A stretch of DNA of 64,000 nt from Amoebophrya sp. A120 (lineage: Eukaryota; Protista; Dinoflagellata). The translations under genes were made by a program, and so were the position numbers. The notes beneath the pieces are model-generated. The model did not search any database. It saw only the letters and a program-made list of their open reading frames with translations, and was not told the origin of the DNA. Position 1 is the stretch's first letter. Each line of letters begins with the position of its first letter. The DNA lies in the NCBI GenBank assembly GCA_905178155.1, contig CAJINV010000002.1, positions 10,586,709 to 10,650,708 on the forward strand. The letters are read 5' to 3'. This document shows positions 34,593 to 46,282 of the stretch, piece by piece.

Positions 34593-36071
34593 TTACTTCT
34601 TTCCCTTCCCTTTTCCTTTTTTCTTCTTTCCTTTTTTCTTTCCTTTCTTCCCACCTGGTCCGTCATCGTCGCTCGACGAACTACTAGCCTCCTCGTCCTT
34701 CTTCTGGAACTGAGCCAGTTGGTTCTCCACGTTCACCCTGGCCATTTTTTCATCTATCCCCGCATCCGACACGTCCATCGCTTCGATGTCGTCCGAGTCG
34801 TAGTCACTGTCGAAATCCCCCGGATCCCCCCGCCTGCCCCGTTTTCTACCTTTCTTCCCTTTCTTCTTCCCTTTGCCCTTCTTGCCGTCGTCGGAGGAGC
34901 TGCTGTCGTCCTTCTTTTTCTTCTTTTTCGCAAGGTCCTGTTGGATTTTCCTCAATTTCTGCACGAACTCCACACTGCTGCGGCCGGTATCCCGAGCGAA
35001 GATGATGAATTTTCCGATCGCGATGTGGACGCCAAACGCGTAGCCGAACATGCCAGTGACAAAAAGATTCCGCCGGAACTCCCAGGATTCCTCAGCTAAG
35101 CGGCGGACCTGTGTTGCAGTTTAGGCTTAGTAATTCCGGCGTGTTTTGCTAGAAGTGCGGTTCTTAATAATTTAGTTGCAAATGCGCCGTAGCATCAGCA
35201 TCACAAACATGACTTCATAACATTATTTACCTCCGCGTTGTGCTTCTCCAGCTTCACATACGATGCCTGCCCCGGTAAAGGCATGGTGGAAAACGTTTGG
35301 GGCAGCACCGGGGCGCCGTTGTTCACGCCGAGAAAGTCCATGGGCGGCGCTGGAGGCGGTTTCCCGGTGATGCCCGGGGTCACTGGTGTCGGAGCGGTCG
35401 AGTTGTCGCCCTGAATCACCGCCCCTGCGAAGGAGGTGAGGGTTTTGCGAAAGGATGAAGACGAGGTAGCGGAGTGATGGTGATGCGATCTTCGAGAAGA
35501 CATTGTCGCTAGGTGTGCGGAAAGGGTATCTACTTCACATGTTGGCTGCTGCTGAGCTGCGGTGCCGAACTGCAACTCCTCGTGGAGATTATGCAGGCCC
35601 CGCAAAGTTTGCTCCAGAAAGCTTGTCATGTTCGTGTCTGTTGCGAGGCAAGCAAAAAGAAACTGTGGTCAACTTCTTTCACCGCAAGAAACCCGGCGGT
35701 CCCAGAACGTCAAGGAATCGGTTTCGTAGCTGCGGTTCCTGTTGTACCGGTGCTGCACGGTGTTGTGCGAGAAATGCTTGCCCAGGAACTGTTCTCCGCC
35801 CTGTCCGCAAGTTCCTCAAGGCTGGGGAGATGAGAGACCCTTGCTGCAGCAGCACGCCCTGGTTGTACAAAATTTGTGCCCTGAGCTGGTCCTCTTCAGG
35901 TGATGTGTCTAGCAGGCCCCAAACCCGGTCATTGGCTCCATCATCAGAAGTGACACTAGCTGAACCTGCCCGATCGGTTGTACCACCCTCACGAACGTGT
36001 GCTAGCTGCAACAATTTCAATTCCAGAAAAAACAGCGCCGTCAGCGTTGCTCCAACCACGATTACACCCAT
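34593..36071 (-). CDS. Probable membrane or secretory protein with a K/G-rich C-terminal tail, multi-exon
   Basis: Hydrophobic N-terminus (MGVIVVGATLTALFFLEL). A GT-AG intron joins HNAE to VRRLAEESWEF, followed by a hydrophobic segment and a repeated DDSSSSDDGKKGK-type tail. Linkage of the 35679-36071 exon is tentative. Confidence 0.55.
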
Positions 36072-36857
36072 TTCTGTCGGAAAAACGAATGGCGACAAGC
36101 TATCACGACGCTCCGACGAAAGGTCAGCGATCGAAAACGAAGTCTGCGCGACTAAAATTTGTGGAGGTGTTGCGAAATGACGACGGTTCTTTTATTGGTG
36201 GACAAGACGCCGACGAACGCAAGCAGATGCACAGACGAAAATCATAAACGAAACGAAATATTTTCGATCAGATCACGATGCGATCACACAGGCAATAGCG
36301 CAGTGGCATGTAAGAACATTTTTATTGCAGACAATGTGCTAAAGCGTAGCTGATGGCCGCGTCAGGTCACTCACGGGGTGTGCAGTATGAAGCCACATGC
36401 TTCAAAGTTATTCCAATCCAACACACAGAAATTCAAAAAACATTTGAAGAAATTATCAATATCTGGTCTCAACATGCAATAGAAAGAAGATGTTTTTTCG
36501 CAGCTCTGGTGAGTTCGCACCGAGGATCATGTGAGAGATTTTGACAAACTAGTGATACAAACCGCAAGTGCTAACTGCTACTTTCTTACTGCTCAAACAT
36601 CTCGATAAACCTTGAGCGATCACTGTAAATCGCAAGAGTAAAAAAACCAACTACTTAAACTTTCATTTGTATTCTCAACCACAAGGACCAGACAGGGAAA
36701 TAGTGCAGCACACAGCATACTTCATAATCCCCATTGCAAACTTCACATGCGCAGTCCCGCAGTGCTCTATAAACAATTCCAGATTCAACGTCTCTCACTT
36801 TCGTACTTTAATGCTAGCAACGCGCTTCTTGATGCTAGAAAGCCGCTTCGCTTTCGC

Positions 36858-39800
36858 TTACCAATGCCACCGCGACACCCTATTTCGGTTTCGCCACGGT
36901 GGTGGTGCAGTTGCCTGCTGACTGGCGTAAAAGCCTCCCTGTGAAGAGCCAGCAGATTGCTCAGCCGGCTGTTGCTGTTGCTCCTGTTCGTCAAAATTAT
37001 ATGCTTGAGCGGCACCCGATGAGGAGGTAGAACCAAAGTCATAATCGTTTCGCGTCTGCTGACTGTCCTGTTGCGCGCTCTGTTCCAAGTGCTGTCTCCA
37101 CTGCTGCTGCACTTGCTGCTGGTGCTGCTGTATTGCTGCGTCTACTTGCGCCGCTTCGTGAGAAAGCCCATCTTGCGCGAGCTCTTGCTCCCATGGATTC
37201 ATCACGTGCTCGTAAGTTTCATCGAAATCGCGATGTAGTTGACCGGGCTCGTACGGATATGGTGAACCGTAGCGGTCGTAGGTAGCAGGCATCGGAGGGA
37301 AATGCACCACTCCCTCACCGCTAGCCAACGCACTTTCCTGCAAGCGGCCCCAGCCTGAGATCCTTTCGCCGCGACCTCCCTGAGGAACGCGGTGTGCAGG
37401 CGGGTCGTAGCTGTGCAGGCTGTTGCCTTGCGGTGTAACACTTGAGAGCGAGTGCGCCACGATGATGCGGTCCCGCGGCCAGGTCGGCGGCGGTCCGTGA
37501 AACGGTGTGAGCGGCAGCTGCGGACGCTGCGACGCCTGGGTCACGCGGTCTCCCCGATTGATCATCCGCGGGCCCCGGTAGTCTTCTGCTGTCTCAGAAC
37601 TTGTATTACCACCACGCTGCGGTTGATGTACGCCGGAAGTGGCTGTAGAGGCCGGGACCGCACCTCCGGACGGAGGGGTGTGCCAGCTCCCGGCGTAGAA
37701 CCCACGATAGCACGGATAGACCAGGCCCGGATGGTTCTCGTCTTCGAAGGGCTGGCCGCTGTGCCAGAAACCCTCGCGGACGAAGCCCCGATGCCGCTCC
37801 CTGCCGAAGCCGTGCTGTTTTCCCTGAAACCACAGCCCGTCAAAGCAGTAGTCGTTCTGGAAGTCGTTTAACACGCCGCGCCCGGTGCGTTTCCCGTGCA
37901 CATACTGACCGATGTACTCAGCGCCGTTGCGGAACTCCCACATATCGCCGTGAGGTGCGTTCTCACACCATTCGCCGACGTAAAACCAGTGCGCAAAACT
38001 GTTTTTCGGAGAGGATGATGAAGAAGAAGAGGATGGACCATTCCGGGCATTATGCGCTATGCACGCCTCTCTCGTTGGTGCCATGCATCCGAAGCCGTGC
38101 TTCTTCCCGTCGCGCCAGTAGCCCTCGTAGCCAACGCCGTTTCTCGTGCCCCAACCGTAGCCGTGACGGAGGCCGTCGAAAAACTCTCCCGTGTACGAAC
38201 CGGCATCAAATTCACGCGTGTTTGGCTTCCCTCCATCATGTCCGGAGCTACTGCTCGTCTGCCGTGTGGAAGTGGCAGCTTGCTCGCGATCGCGTGCTTG
38301 CCGGGGGTCTTCGCCATGATTCGGATACGGATTGATTCCGCCAGGATTCGCTGCGTATTCGCGATCCCGTGCCGCTTCTTGCTCTAGCGTGAGGGCTCCG
38401 AAGTCGCCTCCCGACGCCATGGAATTGTCCGGCGGACTGGGCGTGCGGCTCCAGACGGGCGACGCATCGTCCGCAACCGAGCGAAACACCCACTCCGACG
38501 GCAACTCTGCCTGGTCCGCGGCCTGTCGCTCTCGCTCCGCTGCTTCCTCAGCGCTTCTGCGGTTGGACTGCTGCAAAATCGCGTTGCCCAACAGCCCCAA
38601 GCGGAAGGAGGCAATTCCTCTTCGCGACGCCGGGGGCGGCCGCCCGGGCGGCGGGCCTAGGGGTACAGGACCTGACTCTGCCCTGTCCTCCGGAGGTCCC
38701 CCTGGACCACCATCGTCGACAAGAGTGTCTCCTTCGGTTTCCCCGTCGGCGGCCGGGACCTGCTCAACAATACCTCCCGCCTCCGCACGTGCTACATTGA
38801 GCACCGCGTCCGCGTTGGTCGGCGCGACCCGCGGTGGTTCCCCGGGCGAGCTGCTGCTCCCCGTGCTGAACTGACTACGGGAGAGAACATTATCCCTTCT
38901 AGGTCTCTTGCAGTACCAGTAACTCCCGTGGCCGTGCAACTTGTTTCGCTCCCACTGCCCAACATAGAGTTCCCGCTGCAGCAACTCCTCGTCGTCTGGT
39001 TCTACTGCAGAAGCACCTCGCTCAACTTCTGGGTGAGAGGACTGGCGACGAAAACCATCGCCCCATCGCTCATGTGCAGTCGTGGTGCTAGTAACCCTCG
39101 AACTATGGCCAGCACCGCTTGCAGCGGCTGATGTACTACTAGCTGATCTATTGTCTTCTCTCCTGGGCTTGGTCAGCCTCTTCACCATGCTCAGAAGACC
39201 CGCGCCGTGCTTCTGCCCCGCGGCATACTCGCCCTCGTACCGAATTTCGTGGGTCTGACCGCCCTGCTCGCCCTGGTACTTCTGGTGACCGCGCCCGTGC
39301 TTCTTGCCGTTTTGCCACTGTCCCTGATAGCTACCGCCATCCTGTAGCAGCAGCTGCTGCCTTCGGTTTCGGTCCTGCAACGGCACAAACACCATCTCGT
39401 TCCACCACGGCCGCGCTCCCTGGTGCATCCAAAACCGCGGGAAGCCTGACGGGCTCGGCTGTGGTCGCAGCCGGGGAGGCGCCGGACCACCGATGTTAAC
39501 CGCCGGCGGATCAGGTTGCGGCTCGAGGTCCTGGAAAAATGGCATCCTCTCTCCTTCTTGCTCCGCGGGGACGGCGTCGTCCTGCTCGCGTGGCTGCTCA
39601 CCTGCAGGTACGTCGCGGCGCGGTTCCGCGCTGTTATTCCCCCCCACCGGGGGCACTGGCACTGCTCCATCGGATATACCGCGCTCTTGGTTTGTTGCGC
39701 CACCGTCCGTCGTGTCTGGAATAAAAGGAATAGTTTGCAAATCATCGATAAAGTTCACACCCCCGTTCCCGAGGACGGTGTGCACAATATCACCGCTAAT

Positions 39801-41162
39801 CAGACCGCGAAGTTCTGCGTCAGTCTCATCATCCACAATGGTACTGTCATCCTCGTCGGAGGAGCTGCCTTCGTCCGAGGCAAACTGCAACCTCACAGGG
39901 TCTGGATTATTATTTGTTGCCCCGTCGACAATTTGTTCCTCAGCAGCAATCTCTTCAGACGCTGTGGCGTTCGTGTCTGCAGTCCGTGACCAAAAAATAG
40001 CAGGTGCGGTCGCCTCGTCGGTAAGGTTCATCCCCACGACCTGTCGTTGGAAAGGGATTGGCGCCAGGAAAACGGCATTACGCCGCGGTCGTTGCGGCAC
40101 AGCTCCGGCTTGAGGCCGCTCCTCCGCATTCTGTTGCTCCCCTTCTGGTTCGGCTAGCACTGGTACTCCCTCCGTGCTGTTCGTCGCACCAGCAGCAACC
40201 TCCCCTGCAGCAGGCTCAGCGGCCGGATTCGCGGCTGCGTCCAGGCCCGCACCCACGGTTGACCGATCTACCCGGGTCGACCACCGCATGCGGAGTAAGA
40301 TGTTCTGGGGAATCAGTGAAGCTGGAATTGGCGAGGCTTCGGCCGTCGTGGCAAAGATATTGTGTGTAGCCCGCCGCGGGTTCACGACCTCCGGTTTTTG
40401 CAAAACCCAGCGGTACTCGACGCTATTGCCCTCACCGTTCGCTCGCGGAAACTCATCTGTGGCTTTCCTAAATGATTTCTCATCGTCTTGCTCTTGTAGA
40501 TATGCTGGACTCTTACCATCCGAGGGCTGTGGTGAACCACCGAAAAAACCTTGTCGCGAGAAGAGACCTGTTGAAGCGGAGCTCGAGGTTGCAGTCGACG
40601 GTGTCGCGGTTGTGGCGGGCGATGCAGGGGACCCCCAGGTGGGAGACGAGGAGCCCGGGCGACAAGTGCCGACCTGTCCCTCGTAGTGACCCTGCAGCGG
40701 GACCCGACAAATGGGACACTTTATCTTTTCGCGATTTTTCGCATTTTTACCTACAAAATCGGCCCGGCACCGACGGCAAATCGGGTGAAAGCACGGAAGC
40801 CAGTAAAGTTTGTCTGCCTCGTTCTCAGGGTCATCGTCGGGCGGCGCGGGTACTCCCGTTGTTCCGGCACTCGACGATGCAGGGCTATGCCGGAAGTCTT
40901 CAAGACATACCGGGCATACGGTCGACGACCCTCCTGCAGTGTGGTCCTCATTGTCTTCATCAGTGGCTCTCGCTTGCTCTTCACCTAGCTGCAGAGCAGT
41001 CGACGGAAAAAACGCGGATTCGGAATGGGATATCGACGCGCCAGCGACACCGTCAGTCTGCGCTGAATCTCGAAAACTTTTGGAGGATCCATGGCGCACG
41101 CACAGCAGGGAGTACAAAAAGCTACCGAAACACCTAGCTCGGAAACCGTGCATGTGTTGCAT
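36858..41162 (-). CDS. RING-finger and MORN-repeat protein (1434 aa)
   Basis: RING-HC: CPVC...LPCFHPICRRC...CPICR. MORN repeats YQGQWQNGKKHGRG, YEGEYAAGQKHGAG, YVGQWERNKLHGHG, YTGEFFDGLRHGYG, YEGYWRDGKKHGFG, FDGLWFQGKQHGFG. Confidence 0.9.
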   Translation of the reverse strand: MQHMHGFRARCFGSFLYSLLCVRHGSSKSFRDSAQTDGVAGASISHSESAFFPSTALQLGEEQARATDEDNEDHTAGGSSTVCPVCLEDFRHSPASSSAGTTGVPAPPDDDPENEADKLYWLPCFHPICRRCRADFVGKNAKNREKIKCPICRVPLQGHYEGQVGTCRPGSSSPTWGSPASPATTATPSTATSSSASTGLFSRQGFFGGSPQPSDGKSPAYLQEQDDEKSFRKATDEFPRANGEGNSVEYRWVLQKPEVVNPRRATHNIFATTAEASPIPASLIPQNILLRMRWSTRVDRSTVGAGLDAAANPAAEPAAGEVAAGATNSTEGVPVLAEPEGEQQNAEERPQAGAVPQRPRRNAVFLAPIPFQRQVVGMNLTDEATAPAIFWSRTADTNATASEEIAAEEQIVDGATNNNPDPVRLQFASDEGSSSDEDDSTIVDDETDAELRGLISGDIVHTVLGNGGVNFIDDLQTIPFIPDTTDGGATNQERGISDGAVPVPPVGGNNSAEPRRDVPAGEQPREQDDAVPAEQEGERMPFFQDLEPQPDPPAVNIGGPAPPRLRPQPSPSGFPRFWMHQGARPWWNEMVFVPLQDRNRRQQLLLQDGGSYQGQWQNGKKHGRGHQKYQGEQGGQTHEIRYEGEYAAGQKHGAGLLSMVKRLTKPRREDNRSASSTSAAASGAGHSSRVTSTTTAHERWGDGFRRQSSHPEVERGASAVEPDDEELLQRELYVGQWERNKLHGHGSYWYCKRPRRDNVLSRSQFSTGSSSSPGEPPRVAPTNADAVLNVARAEAGGIVEQVPAADGETEGDTLVDDGGPGGPPEDRAESGPVPLGPPPGRPPPASRRGIASFRLGLLGNAILQQSNRRSAEEAAERERQAADQAELPSEWVFRSVADDASPVWSRTPSPPDNSMASGGDFGALTLEQEAARDREYAANPGGINPYPNHGEDPRQARDREQAATSTRQTSSSSGHDGGKPNTREFDAGSYTGEFFDGLRHGYGWGTRNGVGYEGYWRDGKKHGFGCMAPTREACIAHNARNGPSSSSSSSSPKNSFAHWFYVGEWCENAPHGDMWEFRNGAEYIGQYVHGKRTGRGVLNDFQNDYCFDGLWFQGKQHGFGRERHRGFVREGFWHSGQPFEDENHPGLVYPCYRGFYAGSWHTPPSGGAVPASTATSGVHQPQRGGNTSSETAEDYRGPRMINRGDRVTQASQRPQLPLTPFHGPPPTWPRDRIIVAHSLSSVTPQGNSLHSYDPPAHRVPQGGRGERISGWGRLQESALASGEGVVHFPPMPATYDRYGSPYPYEPGQLHRDFDETYEHVMNPWEQELAQDGLSHEAAQVDAAIQQHQQQVQQQWRQHLEQSAQQDSQQTRNDYDFGSTSSSGAAQAYNFDEQEQQQQPAEQSAGSSQGGFYASQQATAPPPWRNRNRVSRWHW

Positions 41163-41740
41163 AAAATCGCGATTGAAGAAGTATCTTTATTTGACTTTTG
41201 TGTCCCATGACAGACCAATCAAAAATCGCGATGATACTAGATAGATACCAAAACTACTTATCGTGCAGAAAATAAGAGTGGCACAAACATTTCCTGTAAT
41301 CTCATCGGATTCTAATTTTTTCAAGGGCAAAAAAACAAGTACAGCGCGTTTGTACTAGTGACCTACTTACCCTACATAGCGACACAAACAGCCAAAGACG
41401 TACAGAATCGGGATCACGGTCAGGAGCACAAAATGAGCTTAAGCACAAGAAACCTTTACAAAACTTCTGCGACAAAAATACAGATCGAGGATCCTTTTGC
41501 GTGTTGAAACTTTACTTCTTAGGTTCACCCTTCATCTCGAAAAACACAGATACGCAAAGTATCGCGCGCATTGCCACCGGATTCGCATGTTTTCTTTCCG
41601 ATTACGTTCTGAGTTATACGCTCATCTGTGCTTGTACAACTACGTTGCGCTTGGTCTAGCCGTGCGACACAGGAAAATTTCAATCTGCGCACTATTCTCA
41701 ACATCGTCGGTCTAGGCAGGAAGGATAGGAAAATAAATCC

Positions 41741-44123
41741 TCACATATTTATCATATCCAAAATTCTTGATCCCCAAGCCTTTAGTTTCACGTCGTCCGC
41801 ATACCGGCTCATCACGTCCTTGACCATCGCTTCCACCTTGTAGATCGCCATCGTTTCGTCGCGGCTAATGTGGGGGAGAAACTTGTAGAAACCCTCAAAC
41901 CCCGCACAGAGCAGCCACGGATCGCTGAGGTGGTATCCCATGGCGGCGTGGGTCTTTAGTATCAAGGAGAGGTGGTCAAACTTCGCTTCGGCCTGTACTT
42001 CCTCTGGCCAGTCCATACCCGATGCGAGCGCGCGAATGGCGCGAGCCTGGTTGGATTTGAATTTCAATTTGAATCACAATCATAAAAGCTAATAAAGTTT
42101 GATAGTTCAAAAGAAATCCATTACGCCGCCCAGGAAATGAAATGAATCAACTGCGCAACATCGTACCAGCAAAATTTTATCTGCTTGGTGCATGTCCATC
42201 AAGGACTGGAAGCAGTGCACGCCGCCGAGCTTGACAAAAAGCTGCAAGCCCTCCATGCTGGTGGAGATGATCCGAGCCACGGCCTCGATCGCAGCCCGCG
42301 CACCCACCTGCGAAAGTGGCTTCTTTTTCATCGTGTCCAGCATTAGCTCCGTCATGCCGTGCTTCCGCAACAGCAAAGAAAAATCTATGCCAAAGTCCGC
42401 AGACGCGCACACGGTGGACGAAAGCCCACACAGCCCAACGAACACGGCCTCGAACCACCGACCCTCGCTTGCTGTTTTGTTTCCATAGGAAGTGGCGCTC
42501 TATCTGTCGCAAGAGCTACAGTTGAGTGCGACTTTCAGAAATTTCTACTTACACGCGGCAATTATGCAAAGCCAGTCTGACCCAAGAGAAAATTAATAGA
42601 ATGAACATGAAGTGAGGGGAAGTTCTTTACTTGCATGCCTCAAGTTCGCAACGACATCTGCAGCCAAAGCGTCCACCGTCAGGGCTTCGTTACGAATCAG
42701 CGTTTCCAATAAAGGATAGTGCGCGAATTGCTCTTCTTGCATGGCTGGCGTGGTGCTCTTCGTGGCGTTTTCCGAACTGGTCAAGGAGCTTGCGACGCGC
42801 CCACGGGCGAGGCAGAGGACACGAATAAAAGCAAAACTGCGCGTGCAGGATGCTGGTAGGTACCGCGGATCGGCACTTTCAGTAGCAGATGCAGTCGCGC
42901 CGTTTTTCACGACCTGTGGTTTCTAGAAATGATAGAAGCAGCAAATTCAAAGCTGCTTCTCTTCAAGCACATAAAATCAGCATAATTGCGGTTAATCATA
43001 TTCAAAATTCCAGCGCACCATTTCCGCAACGGTGCCTTCTGCGACGCCTTCCATTAGGATGCGTGCGAAAGTTTCGGAGCCCTTTTGATGGAGGTAAGCG
43101 TGAGTCGGAAATAAGCTCATGGCGTTCAGGAGAGAAATGAGAAGCGTGATCCCAAGTGGCGATCCCACTACCGTTTCGCAGGATTCTACGTCGTAAGCGA
43201 GGTTGCAAACCTGAAAGTGCAAATTTTCGATCTTAATGAATTCGTCGATTCGTACCAGGCTGTCATCAGCGCACTGACGCTACCTATCCTATCAAACAAT
43301 ATTTAGAGCGAGGGCCCAACATTCGGAGCATGCAAAACCAGAAGCAAATGCAACAAATTACACTCCCGGCCACGAACCCCGCGATGCTTCCGTCCCCAAT
43401 ATCGTGCTGTCGCATGATACACTCCAGCAGCGCCAAAACGCCCTTATCCAGTGCGGTCTTGGCGTTGGAGGTTTTGTAGACCAGCGACGTGAGGAGTTTC
43501 AACCCTTTGCACACGGTGCGACAATACAGGTCTACGTCAGACGAATACGCGTCCTTGACATAGTCGAGATGCGCCAAAACCGCCTCAAGGGAGCTTTCGC
43601 GGTCCAAGGTGGGGGCGTTCTCCAAAGGCTTCCCTCGGTTGGCCCCGGTCAGCTGCGTGTTCGTGGTGGGGTGTGCGTAGGTCGCAGGTGGAAGAGGAGC
43701 AGCAGAAGGCGGCTGAGGATTTTTGGAGCTGCTCTGTCACGAATTCCCGTCAAAACAAGTTCTTTACTTGAGGTGCGTTAATGTTGAACATTGATGAAGA
43801 TAACGACCCTACAACAACAAAAAAATTGCGCCGCGCCTACTTACCTGCTGGTGATTTATTGCAGGCGGTGGCGGCGCTGGTCTGCTTGTTGTCCCTCCAT
43901 TAGCACTCGTCGGTGTCGATGATGCGACGCCTTCCTCCATGGCCCGCGCGACGATTTCTAGCAGTGAGCATTCCTGTTTGGTCAATTGCAGCAGGTAGTC
44001 GCTCAGCACTTGCCCTTCCATGCCAAAGTGCTTACCGCCGGTTTTGAGTTGCTCCTTAACCAAACCGATTTCATCTTGCACCAGCGCAATCTTTTTCCCG
44101 AAGTCCACCTGCTCCGCGACCAT
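41741..44123 (-). CDS. Multi-exon helical-repeat (ARM-like) protein; boundaries approximate
   Basis: A series of minus-strand exon ORFs with ARM-like segments (ALDKGVLALLECIMRQH, FVKLGGVHCFQSLMDMH, MVKDVMSRYADDVKL), separated by AT-rich introns. Confidence 0.55.
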
Positions 44124-44603
44124 GACAGGCTGGGTCTGCGCAACCTTTGGTGCGCAATCAGGTTCGTAAATTCGGTCGTACCTACTTCAACAGCTGGTCG
44201 TGAAAACAGCAGGCGGTCGTGCTAGAAAGCACAAAGAGACAGCTCGTAACGATCCAGAACGGCCATGGTTTTTGTTTTTTTTTAGGTCAACTAAGGAGTA
44301 AAAATATTTTTCACGCTGGTTTTTTCTCGGAAAAATTGCTCTTCAAAATAGAACTTTTGAAAGCCTCAGTTTCGCAAAGATGATGCCGTAGTTTTGATGG
44401 TACACTTCAATGAAACAGACGAATCAAGTACACCCCCAGCCGCGATTCTCGTGCAAAAAGAAAATCGGATCCGCGCTGTTCAGAATCGTCGCACCATCGA
44501 CGCCAGCACGAGGTTTCTATATTCTTTTGCGCATTCTTCTTCATCTTCAGATCACCTTTTCATTCCAAACTACGGAGTCAAGTACAACTAAGAACGTGGC
44601 TCA

Positions 44604-45983
44604 TTACAAGCCGATCTGCAACCAGGCTACTGCACATCCGATCAGAAAGCCTGCAGAATCAATCAAGAAACCGTTGTCATCAACGCGCCTTAGCTTGTTG
44701 GCTATTTTTTCATTACCATCATCTTCTGCTTCGGGCCCCGCATCACTTCTCAACGAGCCTTGCAGTTGCGTCACCAAAGTCTCCTTGTATTCGTTTTCGC
44801 AATGTGCTGGCAGGTGCAGAAGATGCGAAAGCATATTTTTATCGCAGCCTGAGCTTGCGCTCGCTGCCTCCCCGTTGCCAGCCTGAGGAAGTCTGTCACT
44901 GCCATCTTCTCCTTCCTCGGTAACTGCACAGGCGTAACGCAGTTTCATAACCCAATCGCGACACTGCAGGCCCTCGAAAACAAGCAAAGGCGCGAAGACT
45001 ACCCAACCTAGCGGCAAGTAGATGCTCCTCCAGGCGGCACACCTTGAAAACTTGCTTGCCCACAAGTACCCCGCGACCGCTGTCAGCCCTGCGTTTGTTC
45101 CGAGTGCTGGGCAGGAGCCAAAACTACAGTTGAGGCTGGCGTTCGTTGCCAACGTGGAACCAAGCGCAAGAGACAAAACAAACCGCGGGCCCCGGCACTT
45201 TTCCAAAAACGTAGCCGAGACAAAAAAGACCGTAGCGAGGAAGGCTTGGATCTTGGGCAAGTCCGACCAGCGAATGAAGCTAGCCGCTAGTGGGTCCTTC
45301 ATCAAAAAATAGAGGGTGTCCACAAAAACAGCGGTATCTTCCTCATTGGTTCGGCTGGTTGTATCCGGCCCTCCTCGGTCTCCCTGTGCCTGCGTGGCTG
45401 AAACGAGCGTCACAGCCTCCGGCACTGCCTGTCTATTTTGGTCCTCCCGGTAGGCTCTCAACCATGTTGCACCTTTATTTACGTCCTCTCTTGTAGCAAT
45501 GGAGTTTTGTCGACTACCCGCACCTGCATCCGCAATCTTCTTCCAGTACCAGCTTACGGCAAGGGTCGACAGCACCGAAGCGGTAAGGAGCCCCAGCGTG
45601 GCCGTCGGAAACGCCTCACTTTTTGGGTAAGCAAACGGTTGGATCTCGCCAGCATCTGGTCCTCCTCCGACATTTGATGCTGAAGAAAAGCCATTTTCCC
45701 TTGCCAAAATCTGCTGCTCACGCCAATTTTGTAAGGCACTCACAGCATCCTGTGCGTCTTTTTCTGGATCCGAAAGCGGACGAAATTTGACCGGAAACTG
45801 CAAGGATTTCACTTTGGTTTTCCAATTTTCGGCAATCGAAGTCGTTCCGGTCGCAAAAGCACGCTTTTGCCAGGACTCCTGGTACGATATCCCGACCGCA
45901 TCTCGTCGTCTCCAGCGGAACGACTCCAGCTTTTTCGAGACCCTTCGAGCAGCTGGCCGGCGGAGTAGATAAGGTGCGAACAT
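44604..45983 (-). CDS. Rhomboid-like multi-pass membrane protein, probably mitochondrial and catalytically inactive
   Basis: Presequence MFAPYLLRRPAARRVSKK and several TM segments. LEKCRG..F; ALGTNAG where GxSG is expected; DSAGFLIG where HxxG is expected. Confidence 0.45.
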   Translation of the reverse strand: MFAPYLLRRPAARRVSKKLESFRWRRRDAVGISYQESWQKRAFATGTTSIAENWKTKVKSLQFPVKFRPLSDPEKDAQDAVSALQNWREQQILARENGFSSASNVGGGPDAGEIQPFAYPKSEAFPTATLGLLTASVLSTLAVSWYWKKIADAGAGSRQNSIATREDVNKGATWLRAYREDQNRQAVPEAVTLVSATQAQGDRGGPDTTSRTNEEDTAVFVDTLYFLMKDPLAASFIRWSDLPKIQAFLATVFFVSATFLEKCRGPRFVLSLALGSTLATNASLNCSFGSCPALGTNAGLTAVAGYLWASKFSRCAAWRSIYLPLGWVVFAPLLVFEGLQCRDWVMKLRYACAVTEEGEDGSDRLPQAGNGEAASASSGCDKNMLSHLLHLPAHCENEYKETLVTQLQGSLRSDAGPEAEDDGNEKIANKLRRVDDNGFLIDSAGFLIGCAVAWLQIGL

Positions 45984-46282
45984 TCTACTGCGATTGATGT
46001 ACGGGGAGCCTGAACTAACCAAAGGAAACCATAAATCAGGTAAACAAGATGAAAAGCACAACCACCACGACATGCAAGACAACAACTGAGTGGACCAAGA
46101 TCAAGATCGCGAACACTATTCTAGTAAGTACGTAGCCCGGGCCACACCGCAGGAAGACAACCTCTTTCAGAGTGATAATCAAGCGATTTTTCAATTTCAT
46201 CACAGCTATTCGGTTAACACCGTGTTCGTTTGCACTGAACAAATGATCGTGTCATCAGCGATTACGTGAAGTGATTTCACTA

